64,000 nucleotides of DNA, taken from contig JAXJXV010000021.1 of the NCBI GenBank assembly GCA_036307305.1, positions 68,276 through 132,275 on the forward strand, read 5' to 3'. This DNA is from Acutalibacteraceae bacterium (GTDB lineage: Bacteria > Bacillota > Clostridia > Oscillospirales > Acutalibacteraceae). The first letter of the stretch is position 1, and each line of letters opens with the position of its first letter. Shown in pieces: positions 22,222 through 34,646 of this stretch. The notes under the pieces are model-generated. The model did no database searches. It saw only the letters and a list, made by a program, of their open reading frames with translations, and was not told where the DNA came from. A program made the position numbers and the translations under genes.

Positions 22222-24336
22222 TTGAAGGAAGTTGGTAAATTGGATTTTTTAACTGATATAATTGCGTATCCTTTGGGCTATGTAATGGCACTTTGTCACA
22301 AATTTTTCAGTGATTACGGTTTTGCAATAATTATTTTCACCTTAATCACTAAAATAATTTTGCTTCCTTTAGCGGTATGGGTTCAGAAGAACTCCATAAA
22401 AATGGTACAGATGCAACCGTCAATCAACCGTATTAAAGCAAAATATTTCGGCGATGCAGATTCTATTGCGGATGAAGAGGCTAAGCTTTATAAACAGTAC
22501 AAATACAACCCTCTTGCAAGTATTGTTCCCTTACTTGTGCAGATTGTACTTCTCATGGGTGTTGTTGCTGTAATCTATAAGCCGTTCAATTATCTTTTCA
22601 ATATGGATGCGGGGATAATAAATGAAATCAATCAGATAGCAAGTAGACTTTCCGGTGTTGCGGTTACAGAGTCGTCTATTCAGCTTACTGCTATTGAGTA
22701 TATTAAAAATCCTCAGTTGACTCAGGAATTTGCATCTGTAGTTGGTATTGAGAATTATTTACAACAAATAATCGGATTTGACCTTAAATTCTTTGGTATT
22801 AATCTTTCATATACACCAAGCATTGTGTGGGGTATTACAAGCCTTGTTCCTGTAGTTGCAGGTCTTTCTTCTTTCTGGCTGTGTATCGCGCAGAATATGG
22901 AAAATGTGCTTCAGGCAGAGCAGAGTAAATTTAATCAGTGGAGTATGTTGGCTTTGTCGGTAGGCTTATCCCTTTATCTCGGCTTTTTTGTACCTGCAGG
23001 TATTGCTCTTTATTGGATTGCAAGTAACCTGTTTGCTATAGCTCAGTTGTATCTTCTTAATATGGCGATACCTCCTAAGAAGTATGTGGATTATGATGCT
23101 CTTGAGGAAAGCAGAGAAGAACTTGCTCAGCTTAATTCTATGGTTGAAAAGAAAAAACTGTTCAGCAAGGATGAAAATGCTAAGAGAGAAAGAGCAGATT
23201 ATAAGCGTTTCTTCTCTATCCGCAATAAGCATTTGGTGTTCTATTCTGAAAGAAGCGGATTTTATAAGTATTATAAAGAAATTGTCGAGTACATTTTGGC
23301 AAAAACTACCGTTGCTATACATTATATAACCAATGACCCGAATGATATAGTTTTTGATTTGGCTAAAGAAAATCCCCAGTTGAAGCCTTATTATATAGGG
23401 GTTAAAAAATGCATTACTTTAATGATGCGTATGGAAGCGGATGTGGTTGTAATGACTACGCCTGACCTTGATAACTTCTATTTAAAGCGTTCTCTTATGG
23501 ATAAGGGAATCAAGTATATTTTCGTGCCTCATGACCCTTCAAGTATGCATATGGGATTTAGGGAACATTCGCTTGATAACTTTGACGCTGTGTTCTGTAC
23601 AGGCCCACACATAGCCGAGGAGGTAAGAGCAAGTGAAAAACTTTACGGTACCAAAGAAAAAGAACTTATTGAATTTGGTTATCCGCTGATAGAAAATCTC
23701 ATTTCTTCCTGTGAAGCTTTAGAGGAAAACACCAGTAGCCGTAAGCAGATTCTTATCGCTCCCTCATGGCAAGAAGATAATTTACTTGATAGCTGTATCG
23801 AGCCTTTGATTGACAGTCTTTACGGAGACGATTATAAAATAATTGTGCGTCCGCATCCTGAGTATATGAAGCGTTACAAAGCTAAAATGGATATGCTCGT
23901 TGAAAAGTATACCGATAAAATCGGTGACGGACTACAGTTTGAACTCGATTTCAGTTCAAATACTTCTGTGTACAGTTCGGATTTGCTTGTTACCGACTGG
24001 TCGGGTATAGGTATTGAATTTGGTTTTGCTACCTTAAAACCTGTAGTTTTCATTAATACAAAGATTAAAATGGAAAACGAAAACTACAAGAAGATAGGTA
24101 TAGAACCTCAAGAAATACTTCTCAGAAATGTTTTAGGCGTCGCTCTTGAAAAAGATGAAATAAAGGAAAAATTCAGTGTTACCGTTAATGAGCTTATTGG
24201 AAGTGAAGACTTCAAAGAAAAACTCAGAAAGAAGCGAGAAGAATACTTCTACAATCTTGGAAGCGGTGGTGTTCACGGCGCAAAATATATAATTCGCTAT
24301 CTTATTGATAAGAAAAAAGAAAAGGAGAAAAAATAA
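22222..24336 (+). CDS. fusion protein: YidC/Oxa1-like insertase domain plus CDP-glycerol glycerophosphotransferase (TagF-like) domain
   Basis: The N-terminal part has FAIIIFTLITKIILLPLAVWVQKNSIKMVQMQP (YidC-like). The C-terminal part has ILIAPSWQ, VRPHPEY and LLVTDWSGIGIEFGFATLKPVVF (TagF-family pattern). The true start may be the TTG at 22240. Confidence 0.65.
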   Translation: MKEVGKLDFLTDIIAYPLGYVMALCHKFFSDYGFAIIIFTLITKIILLPLAVWVQKNSIKMVQMQPSINRIKAKYFGDADSIADEEAKLYKQYKYNPLASIVPLLVQIVLLMGVVAVIYKPFNYLFNMDAGIINEINQIASRLSGVAVTESSIQLTAIEYIKNPQLTQEFASVVGIENYLQQIIGFDLKFFGINLSYTPSIVWGITSLVPVVAGLSSFWLCIAQNMENVLQAEQSKFNQWSMLALSVGLSLYLGFFVPAGIALYWIASNLFAIAQLYLLNMAIPPKKYVDYDALEESREELAQLNSMVEKKKLFSKDENAKRERADYKRFFSIRNKHLVFYSERSGFYKYYKEIVEYILAKTTVAIHYITNDPNDIVFDLAKENPQLKPYYIGVKKCITLMMRMEADVVVMTTPDLDNFYLKRSLMDKGIKYIFVPHDPSSMHMGFREHSLDNFDAVFCTGPHIAEEVRASEKLYGTKEKELIEFGYPLIENLISSCEALEENTSSRKQILIAPSWQEDNLLDSCIEPLIDSLYGDDYKIIVRPHPEYMKRYKAKMDMLVEKYTDKIGDGLQFELDFSSNTSVYSSDLLVTDWSGIGIEFGFATLKPVVFINTKIKMENENYKKIGIEPQEILLRNVLGVALEKDEIKEKFSVTVNELIGSEDFKEKLRKKREEYFYNLGSGGVHGAKYIIRYLIDKKKEKEKK

Positions 24337-24545
24337 TGTTTAATCCAATTAACTTGTATGTTGACCCTTCTGTTGTTACCTATGGTATTCAGGCTATAGC
24401 AGGTGTGGTAATCGCTGTTGGTGCGGTTGCTGCTATCATCTGGAGAAAGGCTAAGAAAAAGGTTTCCGATGCTTTGAAGCTTGAAGAAAACAGCAAAAAG
24501 GAAGAGGATGCAGAAATCAGTCTTGTTGATGATGATGCTATCTGA
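24336..24545 (+). CDS. small single-TM protein
   Basis: Its start overlaps the upstream stop. It has one helix, GIQAIAGVVIAVGAVAAIIW. Confidence 0.45.
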   Translation: MFNPINLYVDPSVVTYGIQAIAGVVIAVGAVAAIIWRKAKKKVSDALKLEENSKKEEDAEISLVDDDAI

Positions 24546-24558
24546 TTAGAAAAATTTA

Positions 24559-24600
24559 AAATCCCGTTTGACTGTAAAAAAGTCAAACGGGATTTTTGTT
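24559..24600 (+). terminator. rho-independent terminator
   Basis: atcccgtttgact-gtaaaaa-agtcaaacgggat followed by ttttt. Confidence 0.8.
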
Positions 24601-24703
24601 TTATTTTTTTATTTCCTGTCAAATATATCTTTGGGTGAAGATATATGAATAAAAAATTTTTTGATACGGTGGTTATTTTTTCTGCAGTTATATATGCTGT
24701 TTT

Positions 24704-25147
24704 TTACTTACTGCTTCTATTTTTATTTTTGAAAATAAAAAATTTGCTTATAATATAATTGAGGATAATAACGACTGCCTGAGATGCTGTTTTTATAAAC
24801 AGAGCATTGAGAGATAGTAGCTTAACGAAAACTAAAAGGATAAGTTCCTCAATCAAAAGAGTGATAAGTCTTGAACTGTAAAACAGTAGCATACTGCTTA
24901 AAAAAGGTTGCTTTTTACCTTCCTTAAAAACCCAGTTCCTGTTTGTTATGAATGCAAAAAGTACCGCAATAATAAAGGAAATTATGTTTGAAATAAGCTC
25001 ATCAAGCTTTATTGTACGGGTGAAGAAATCAAAGACGGAAACACTTATAACGGTTGTCATAACACCGAAAATAATATAAAGCAGAGTTTCCTTATACTTT
25101 TCTATGAGGCTTTTAATTTTCACAATCATTTTCCTCTGTTCTTTCAC
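24704..25147 (-). CDS. GtrA-family membrane protein
   Basis: 147 aa with 4 TM helices, directly downstream of and overlapping a GT2 gene. Contains ITNRNWVF, typical of GtrA-like proteins. Confidence 0.7.
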   Translation of the reverse strand: MKEQRKMIVKIKSLIEKYKETLLYIIFGVMTTVISVSVFDFFTRTIKLDELISNIISFIIAVLFAFITNRNWVFKEGKKQPFLSSMLLFYSSRLITLLIEELILLVFVKLLSLNALFIKTASQAVVIILNYIISKFFIFKNKNRSSK

Positions 25148-26090
25148 TGATTATATAACGGGGTCTTGCCTTTGTTTCAAGATAAATTTTACCGATATAT
25201 TCGCCGATAATACCAAGACTGATAAGCTGTACACCGCCTAAGAAACACAATATTGAAACAAGGGAAGCCCAGCCTGTAACGGTTTTTGCGCAGAAAAAGC
25301 TGATTACCGACCAAATAATACCTATAAAGCTTATCACTGCCACAAGCATACCGAAAGCTGTTATAAGACGGATAGGTTTTGTGGACAGACTGGTTATTCC
25401 GTCAAAGGCGAGAGAAAGCATACGGCGAAGAGGATAGTGACTTTTGCCTTTTAGACGGGCGCTTCGCTCATAATATACACAGGTGCTTTTAAAACCTACA
25501 AGCGGTATCATACCGCGAAGATAAATATTAACCTCTTTAAAGTCGGCAAATGCTGTCAGAACTTTAGCAGACAGTAAACGGTAATCAGCGTGGTTATAAA
25601 CAGTTTCTGCACCTAACAACTTTAAAAATTTATAAAATCCTTGCGCAGTACAGCGCTTGAAAAACGTATCGGATTTGCGGTTTTTTCTGACCCCGTAAAC
25701 CACCTCTGCACCATTTTTATACTCGGCTACCATTTGGTCAATAGCGTTTATATCGTCCTGTCCGTCACAGTCTATGCTGACTGTTATGTCGCAAATTTCT
25801 TTTGCTTCCATCAGTCCTGCAAGAAGAGCGTTCTGATGCCCTCTGTTACGGCTAAGCGAAATGCCTTTGAATATGCTGTCATTTTTACAAAGCGTTTTAA
25901 TTATATCCCACGTGCTGTCACGGCTTCCGTCGTTTACGAACAAAACTTTGCTTTGCTCACTTATCTGACCTGAACTGATAAGCGAACGAAGTTTTTCTGA
26001 AAACAACGGTGCGGTAACAGGCAATACTTCTTGTTCGTTGTAGCATGGAATAACTATATAAAGAACGGGGTTCTGAATTGTAGCAGACAT
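25113..26090 (-). CDS. family 2 glycosyltransferase (GtrB/polyprenyl-phosphate glycosyltransferase-like)
   Basis: IVIPCYNEQEVL, VNDGSRDST and DCDGQDD, plus 2 C-terminal TM helices. Confidence 0.85.
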   Translation of the reverse strand: MSATIQNPVLYIVIPCYNEQEVLPVTAPLFSEKLRSLISSGQISEQSKVLFVNDGSRDSTWDIIKTLCKNDSIFKGISLSRNRGHQNALLAGLMEAKEICDITVSIDCDGQDDINAIDQMVAEYKNGAEVVYGVRKNRKSDTFFKRCTAQGFYKFLKLLGAETVYNHADYRLLSAKVLTAFADFKEVNIYLRGMIPLVGFKSTCVYYERSARLKGKSHYPLRRMLSLAFDGITSLSTKPIRLITAFGMLVAVISFIGIIWSVISFFCAKTVTGWASLVSILCFLGGVQLISLGIIGEYIGKIYLETKARPRYIISERTEENDCEN

Positions 26091-26216
26091 ATTCTACCTT
26101 CTTTAATAAAATTTATTTAATACCATAATAACAGAAATATATATAAATATCAATATTGCAAACAAATTTCTTGAAAGACACAAAAAAACGGAGTATACTA
26201 TCTTTTGGTGATAAAT

Positions 26217-27011
26217 ATGTTAATAGATTTTCATACACACTGTTTTCCTGATAAAATTGCCGAAAAGGCTATAGAAAAGCTGTCTTTTGTTTCAGGCGGT
26301 CTTATCCCTCACACAAAGGGCACACTTTATTCTCTTAAGGAAGCGATGAAAAGGGAAGACGTAGATACCTCTGTGGTGCTGAGCATTGCAACAAACGCAC
26401 ATCAGCAAACAAGTGTTAACGATTTTGCGGCTCACATAAATAACGACGAGGACATTATAGCTTTTGGCTCGGTTTATCCTCACAGTCAGGACGTTATGAG
26501 TGAGCTTGAAAGAATAAAGGAATTAGGACTTAAGGGCGTTAAGCTTCATCCTGATTATCAGGGCTTTGATGTTGATGATATAAAGCTTAAGCCTATTTAT
26601 AAGAAAATATCAGAGCTTGGACTTATTACAGTTTTTCACGCAGGTAACGATTACGGATATGCGCCGCCTTATGGCGCTACACCTGAAAAAATGTCAAAGG
26701 CTATAGAGTGGTTTACCTCTCCCGTTGTTGTGGCGCACTGGGGTGGTGTGGGCTGCGGAGAGGACGTTTTGAAGTATCTTTGCTCTAAAAACGTTTATTT
26801 TGATACCTCTTATGCATATGGTACTCAGCCTAAATATTATTTCGAAAAGATTCTTGAGAAGCACGGCGCGGACAGGCTTGTGTTTGGTACCGATTCCCCT
26901 TGGCATACAGCGGGTATGGAAATGAGACTACTTGATACATTAAAGCTAACAGAGGAAGAAAAGGAAAAAATCTGCTATAAAAATGCACTTAAATTACTGA
27001 ATAGAGGATAA
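26217..27011 (+). CDS. amidohydrolase-family metal-dependent hydrolase
   Basis: MLIDFHTHCFP (HxH metal motif) ... VKLHPDYQGF ... FGTDSPW. Confidence 0.7.
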   Translation: MLIDFHTHCFPDKIAEKAIEKLSFVSGGLIPHTKGTLYSLKEAMKREDVDTSVVLSIATNAHQQTSVNDFAAHINNDEDIIAFGSVYPHSQDVMSELERIKELGLKGVKLHPDYQGFDVDDIKLKPIYKKISELGLITVFHAGNDYGYAPPYGATPEKMSKAIEWFTSPVVVAHWGGVGCGEDVLKYLCSKNVYFDTSYAYGTQPKYYFEKILEKHGADRLVFGTDSPWHTAGMEMRLLDTLKLTEEEKEKICYKNALKLLNRG

Positions 27012-27014
27012 GAA

Positions 27015-28400
27015 ATGCACAGTCTCATTATAAAGGATAAAAATTTTTACAAAAAAACAGCCGCCATTGCAATTCCCGTTGCACTTCAGGGACTTATAAC
27101 CAACGGTGTAAATATGATGGACACCATTATGGTGGGCGCTGTAGGAGAAACACAGCTTTCGGCTGTTTCTCTTGCGAACCAGTTTATTACTATTTTCCAT
27201 ATTTTCTGTATGGGAATAGGTATGGGAGCTTCGGTATTAGTTTCCCGCTACTACGGAATGAAGGACAATAGCTCTCTGAAAAAGACAGTCGCAATAATGC
27301 TGAGACTTTGTATTGCGCTGTCGGTATTGTTCAGTGTTGTCACGGCTTTTATTCCTGAACTTATTATGAAAATTTATACTGTGGAAAGTGAAATAATTTC
27401 CTACGGTGTTACATATCTTAAATATTCGGTAGCAAGTTATGCTCTTTTAGGACTGTCGCTTACCTGTACTATAGTACTTAGAAACGTTAATCAGGTAAAA
27501 ATTCCTCTTTACACCTCTATCGGCGCATTTTTTGTTAATGTGGGCGCAAATTACGTGTTTATTTTCGGTAAGCTCGGCGTAGCAAAAATGGGGGTTGCAG
27601 GTGCGGCTATAGGTACGCTTATTGCCAGAATATTTGAGTTTTCGGTAATTTGCGGATATCTTTTCTTTAAGGATAAACAAATCGGTTTTAAAATAAAGGA
27701 TTTGTTTATGTCGGTAGGCTCTCTGTGGAAAGAGTATATAAGAATAAGTATTCCCGTGCTTATAAGCGACGGAATTTTAGCTCTCGGTAATAACTCGGTT
27801 GCTATGGTTATAGGCAGACTTGGAGAAAATTTCGTTGCCGCAAATGCAATTACAGCCGTAACTCAGCAGTTAAGCTCGGTAATGATACAGGGCTTTTCAC
27901 AGGCAGGAGCTATCGTTACGGGATATACCCTTGGAGAAGGCTCGAAGGAAAAGGCGCAAGCGCAGGGCTATGCTTTCTTGGGTATAGGATTTCTTTTCGG
28001 TCTTATATCGGCGGGAATTATTATGCTTATAAGCTCACCTATGATAGCGGCGTATAATCTTTCGGCTGAAACACAGCAAATTGCAAGACAGCTTATGGGG
28101 TCTATCAGTATAATAGTCGTTTTTCAGGCTACCAACAGTATTATGACAAAGGGTGTGCTGCGCGGAGGCGGTGATACTAAGGTGCTTATGGTTGCGGATA
28201 ATATATTCCTGTGGGTTGCCAGCGTGCCTCTCGGTATTGTGGCGGGACTCGTTTTGCATCTTCCTGCCTTCTGGATTTATTTTGCTTTAAAAATTGACCA
28301 GGTGCTTAAAGCATTTTGGTGCATAATAAGACTGAGAAGCGGAAAATGGATAAAGAAAATAAGAAACGATAAAGAAATTGAAAAATCCGTTAAAATTTAA
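27015..28400 (+). CDS. MATE-family efflux transporter
   Basis: 461 aa with about 12 TM helices. PVALQGLITNGVNMMDTIMVG is a typical MATE N-terminus. Confidence 0.8.
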   Translation: MHSLIIKDKNFYKKTAAIAIPVALQGLITNGVNMMDTIMVGAVGETQLSAVSLANQFITIFHIFCMGIGMGASVLVSRYYGMKDNSSLKKTVAIMLRLCIALSVLFSVVTAFIPELIMKIYTVESEIISYGVTYLKYSVASYALLGLSLTCTIVLRNVNQVKIPLYTSIGAFFVNVGANYVFIFGKLGVAKMGVAGAAIGTLIARIFEFSVICGYLFFKDKQIGFKIKDLFMSVGSLWKEYIRISIPVLISDGILALGNNSVAMVIGRLGENFVAANAITAVTQQLSSVMIQGFSQAGAIVTGYTLGEGSKEKAQAQGYAFLGIGFLFGLISAGIIMLISSPMIAAYNLSAETQQIARQLMGSISIIVVFQATNSIMTKGVLRGGGDTKVLMVADNIFLWVASVPLGIVAGLVLHLPAFWIYFALKIDQVLKAFWCIIRLRSGKWIKKIRNDKEIEKSVKI

Positions 28401-28466
28401 ACAAAGTTCTTGAACTAAGTAAAAAAATTATGTATAATAATAAAAAAAGAAGAAGGAGTTTTTAAG

Positions 28467-29612
28467 ATGAACAGATTTGTACTTAACGAAACCTCTTATC
28501 ACGGCGCAGGGGCTGTAGCAGCAGTTGCTGACGAAATTATTGCCAGAGGCTTTAAAAAAGCTTTTGTTGCTTCCGACCCCGACCTTATTAAGTTCGGCGT
28601 AACCAAAAAGGTTACAGACGTTCTTGATAATGCAAAAATAGCTTATGATATCTTCAGCGATATCAAACCTAATCCCACTATTGAAAACGTACAGGCTGGT
28701 GTAGAAGCTTATAAGACAAGCGGCGCTGACTGTATCGTTGCAATCGGCGGCGGTTCTTCTATGGATACTGCAAAGGCTATCGGTATTATTATCAATAACC
28801 CTGAATTTGCAGACGTACGCTCTCTTGAGGGTGTTGCTCCTACAAAGAATAAGTGCGTTCCCATTATTGCTGTTCCTACCACTGCCGGTACTGCTGCTGA
28901 AGTTACTATCAACTACGTAATCACAGACGTTCAGAATAACAGAAAAATGGTATGCGTAGACGTTCACGACATTCCTGTTGTTGCTGTCGTTGACCCTGAT
29001 ATGATGGCTACTATGCCTAAGGGACTTACCGCTGCTACGGGTATGGATGCTCTTACCCACGCTATTGAAGGCTACATAACCAAAGGCGCTTGGGAACTTT
29101 CCGATATGTTCCATCTCAAAGCAATCGAGATTATCGCACGTTCACTCCGCGCTGCAGTAAACGGCGAAGCTGACGGCAGAGAGGGAATGGCTCTCGGTCA
29201 GTATGTTGCAGGTATGGGATTCTCTAACGTAGGTCTTGGTATCGTTCATTCTATGGCTCATCCTCTCGGCGCTCTCTATGATACTCCTCACGGTGTTGCT
29301 AATGCTATTATTCTTCCTACCGTTATGGAATATAATGCTGAGGCTACAGGCGATAAGTATAAGTACATCGCTGCCGCTATGGGCGTTAAAGGAACGGAGA
29401 ATATGACTGTAGAAGAATACAGAAAGGCTGCTATTGACGCTGTTAAGCAGTTGTCCATTGATGTTGGTATTCCTGCTGACCTTAAGGAAATCGTAAAGGA
29501 AGAGGACGTTGCATTCCTTGCTCAGTCCGCCTTTGACGATGCTTGTCGTCCCGGTAACCCCAAGGATACAAGCGTTGAAGATATTACTGCTCTTTATAAG
29601 AGTCTTTTATAA
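28467..29612 (+). CDS. fucO: lactaldehyde reductase / L-1,2-propanediol oxidoreductase (iron-containing alcohol dehydrogenase)
   Basis: Long collinear identity to E. coli FucO as I recall it: NPEFADVRSLEG, PTTAGTAAEVTINYVITD, DALTHAIEGYIT, GQYVAGMGFSNVGLG, PHGVANAI. Confidence 0.85.
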   Translation: MNRFVLNETSYHGAGAVAAVADEIIARGFKKAFVASDPDLIKFGVTKKVTDVLDNAKIAYDIFSDIKPNPTIENVQAGVEAYKTSGADCIVAIGGGSSMDTAKAIGIIINNPEFADVRSLEGVAPTKNKCVPIIAVPTTAGTAAEVTINYVITDVQNNRKMVCVDVHDIPVVAVVDPDMMATMPKGLTAATGMDALTHAIEGYITKGAWELSDMFHLKAIEIIARSLRAAVNGEADGREGMALGQYVAGMGFSNVGLGIVHSMAHPLGALYDTPHGVANAIILPTVMEYNAEATGDKYKYIAAAMGVKGTENMTVEEYRKAAIDAVKQLSIDVGIPADLKEIVKEEDVAFLAQSAFDDACRPGNPKDTSVEDITALYKSLL

Positions 29613-29630
29613 TTAGTGCTATAATAAAAT

Positions 29631-29745
29631 CAGAACCGAGGAAACGCAGTTTCCTCGGTTCTGACTGTCGAATAACCCCAAATCTCAAGCGAGGTTTGGG
29701 GTTATTCGACAGTCTGAAAGTCGGGTAGAACCCGACTTTATTTTT
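29631..29745 (+). terminator. three consecutive perfect hairpins; the last one has a T-tract
   Basis: Hairpin 1 is 29631..29663, cagaaccgaggaaac/gtttcctcggttctg. Hairpin 2 is 29664..29713, with a 19-bp stem actgtcgaataaccccaaa. Hairpin 3 is 29717..29745, aaagtcggg/cccgacttt plus ttttt. Confidence 0.75.
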
Positions 29746-29820
29746 ATGTTGAAGAATTGTAAAAAGCTTTTTGTTATTGATTTTTTAAAAACTATAATGT
29801 ATAATTCACTTGTAATGTGA

Positions 29821-32805
<2,985 letters not shown>

Positions 32806-32811
32806 AGAAAG

Positions 32812-32843
32812 AAACTCCCGAACGATGTAATCGGGAGTTTTTT
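32812..32843 (+). terminator. rho-independent terminator
   Basis: aaactcccga-acgatgtaa-tcgggagttt followed by ttt. Confidence 0.75.
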
Positions 32844-32949
32844 ATATACAAAAAATAAAAATCGCAAGTGAGTAAACGAGAGAAAAACAAAGAAAAACGA
32901 AGAAAAACAAAGATTTCTAATTTTAAATTAAATTTTTAGAAAAAAGGTG

Positions 32950-32978
32950 TTGACAAGTCTACCTAAATATGTTAGTAT
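32950..32978 (+). promoter_or_regulatory. sigma-A type promoter for rplM-rpsI
   Basis: TTGACA, a 17-nt spacer, then TAGTAT. Confidence 0.5.
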
Positions 32979-33020
32979 ACTCAAGGTAAATTTTTAAAAA
33001 AGTTTTATGGAGGAAGTATT

Positions 33021-33446
33021 ATGTCTACATTTATGGCAAAACCCGCTGAAGTTCAGCGCAAATGGTACATTGTAGATGCTGCTGGTAAGCCCCTCGGCCG
33101 TACCGCAGTTAAGGTTGCTGATTTACTTCGCGGTAAAGGCAAACCTGAATTTACACCCAATGTTGACTGTGGCGATTTCGTAGTTGTTATCAATGCTGAA
33201 AAGGCTGTTCTTACAGGCAAGAAGCTTGAGCAGAAGTATTATCGCCGTCACACCGGATATATCGGTCATCTTAAAGAGGTTCAGTATTCTACTCTTATGG
33301 CTACCCGTCCGGAATTAGCAATGGAACTCGCAATCAAGGGAATGATTCCCGACACCACAATCGGAAGAAAAGCTATGACCCGTCTGCATGTATATCAGGG
33401 AACTGAATATAAGCAGGTTGCTCAGAAGCCTGAACTCGTTGATTAA
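33021..33446 (+). CDS. rplM: 50S ribosomal protein L13
   Basis: [13 protein letters not shown]...[12 protein letters not shown]...[11 protein letters not shown]. Confidence 0.95.
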   Translation: MSTFMAKPAEVQRKWYIVDAAGKPLGRTAVKVADLLRGKGKPEFTPNVDCGDFVVVINAEKAVLTGKKLEQKYYRRHTGYIGHLKEVQYSTLMATRPELAMELAIKGMIPDTTIGRKAMTRLHVYQGTEYKQVAQKPELVD

Positions 33447-33466
33447 TAAGAAGGGAGCAAAAGAAT

Positions 33467-33865
33467 ATGTTTGAAAGTAAACCTTATTTCTACGGTACTG
33501 GTAGAAGAAAAAGTTCTGTAGCTCGCGTTCGTCTTTACAACGGCACAGGCAAAATCACTATCAATGACAGAGATATTGATGATTATTTCGGTCTTGAAAC
33601 CTTAAAACTTATCGTTCGTCAGCCTCTCGCTCTTACCGAGACTGCTGAAAAGTTTGATATCGTTTGTCGTGTTAGCGGCGGCGGTGTTACAGGTCAGGCA
33701 GGCGCTATCCGTCACGGTATAGCACGTGCTTTACTTCAGAGCGATGCTGAGCTTCGCGCAGCACTTAAGAAGGCTGGATTCCTTACTCGTGACCCTCGTA
33801 TGAAGGAGAGAAAGAAATACGGTCTCAAAGGCGCAAGAAGAGCACCTCAGTTCTCAAAGAGATAA
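33467..33865 (+). CDS. rpsI: 30S ribosomal protein S9
   Basis: [14 protein letters not shown]...[19 protein letters not shown]...[17 protein letters not shown]. Confidence 0.95.
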   Translation: MFESKPYFYGTGRRKSSVARVRLYNGTGKITINDRDIDDYFGLETLKLIVRQPLALTETAEKFDIVCRVSGGGVTGQAGAIRHGIARALLQSDAELRAALKKAGFLTRDPRMKERKKYGLKGARRAPQFSKR

Positions 33866-33887
33866 TCTGTATTATTTCAAGAACAAC

Positions 33888-33929
33888 AAAAACCCCGAAA
33901 CCATCACGGTTTTCGGGGTTTTCTTTTTT
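33888..33929 (+). terminator. rho-independent terminator
   Basis: aaccccgaaacc-atca-ggttttcggggtt followed by a T-run. Confidence 0.8.
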
Positions 33930-34013
33930 AAAAAATAGACCTTGGTGCGACTTTCAAAAAGACACCCTACGACTATTAAAAATCATAGGGTAAGATTATT
34001 TAAAAATAAAAAC

Positions 34014-34400
34014 TCAATCTTCTATTGTAGTTTCTTCTAGTTCTTTTTGCTTTTTCTCTTCACGTGTTAGTAATATAATTTTTACAATATTGTATATTTG
34101 ATAAGGAATATAGCAAAAAAAGCCTGCATATACACAAGCACCAAATGTAATAGGCCACAAAACAGATGCAATTATTTTAAAAACTAATCCTCTTTTTTTG
34201 AAAAAACCCACGGAAAGTATAATGATAGAAACCGTAGCACTAAATCCAAAACCACCTATGCAACCGAAAAGCACGAAAGATTGTACTTTGCTATCGTTGA
34301 CAAGCGGTTGTTGACTTCCAAGAAGTCCATAAATAAGGAACCCCGTAACAACAACACTTAAAGTGCATACTAAATACTCTATTCGGCTTTTCTTAGTCAT
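34014..34400 (-). CDS. hypothetical 4-TM membrane protein
   Basis: 128 aa with four hydrophobic helices. No family recognised. Confidence 0.5.
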   Translation of the reverse strand: MTKKSRIEYLVCTLSVVVTGFLIYGLLGSQQPLVNDSKVQSFVLFGCIGGFGFSATVSIIILSVGFFKKRGLVFKIIASVLWPITFGACVYAGFFCYIPYQIYNIVKIILLTREEKKQKELEETTIED

Positions 34401-34646
34401 AGTATTCCCCCTGTTGAATTATTCTATGTGTTCAGTATATCATATGTAGACGAGAATTTCAATGTTTCGGAAATCTTCTTGAGTCATGATGATTCTTTAT
34501 AGAATCCTTATGACTCTTTTTCTGAATGAAATTTTCATTGGCTTTCTCGTCAGAGGGAACGTTGTCTACAGTATTTTTATGAAAATTATGGACAAACAGG
34601 TGGTAGTATGGTACAATGTTAGCAATAAATTTAAGGAGTTTTTATT

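Noticed and set aside
28428-29114. A 228-aa minus-strand ORF opposite fucO. Similar cases are 54019..54729 opposite the membrane gene and nnr, and 30778..31323 opposite lacZ.
   Set aside because: They lie antisense to genes with unambiguous homology, lack start-codon context, and have implausible composition.
32888-32921. A short tandem repeat, gaaaaac(a/g)aa in three copies, upstream of rplM.
   Set aside because: It is a low-complexity A-rich tract between a terminator and a promoter. It is too short and too simple to support a functional claim.
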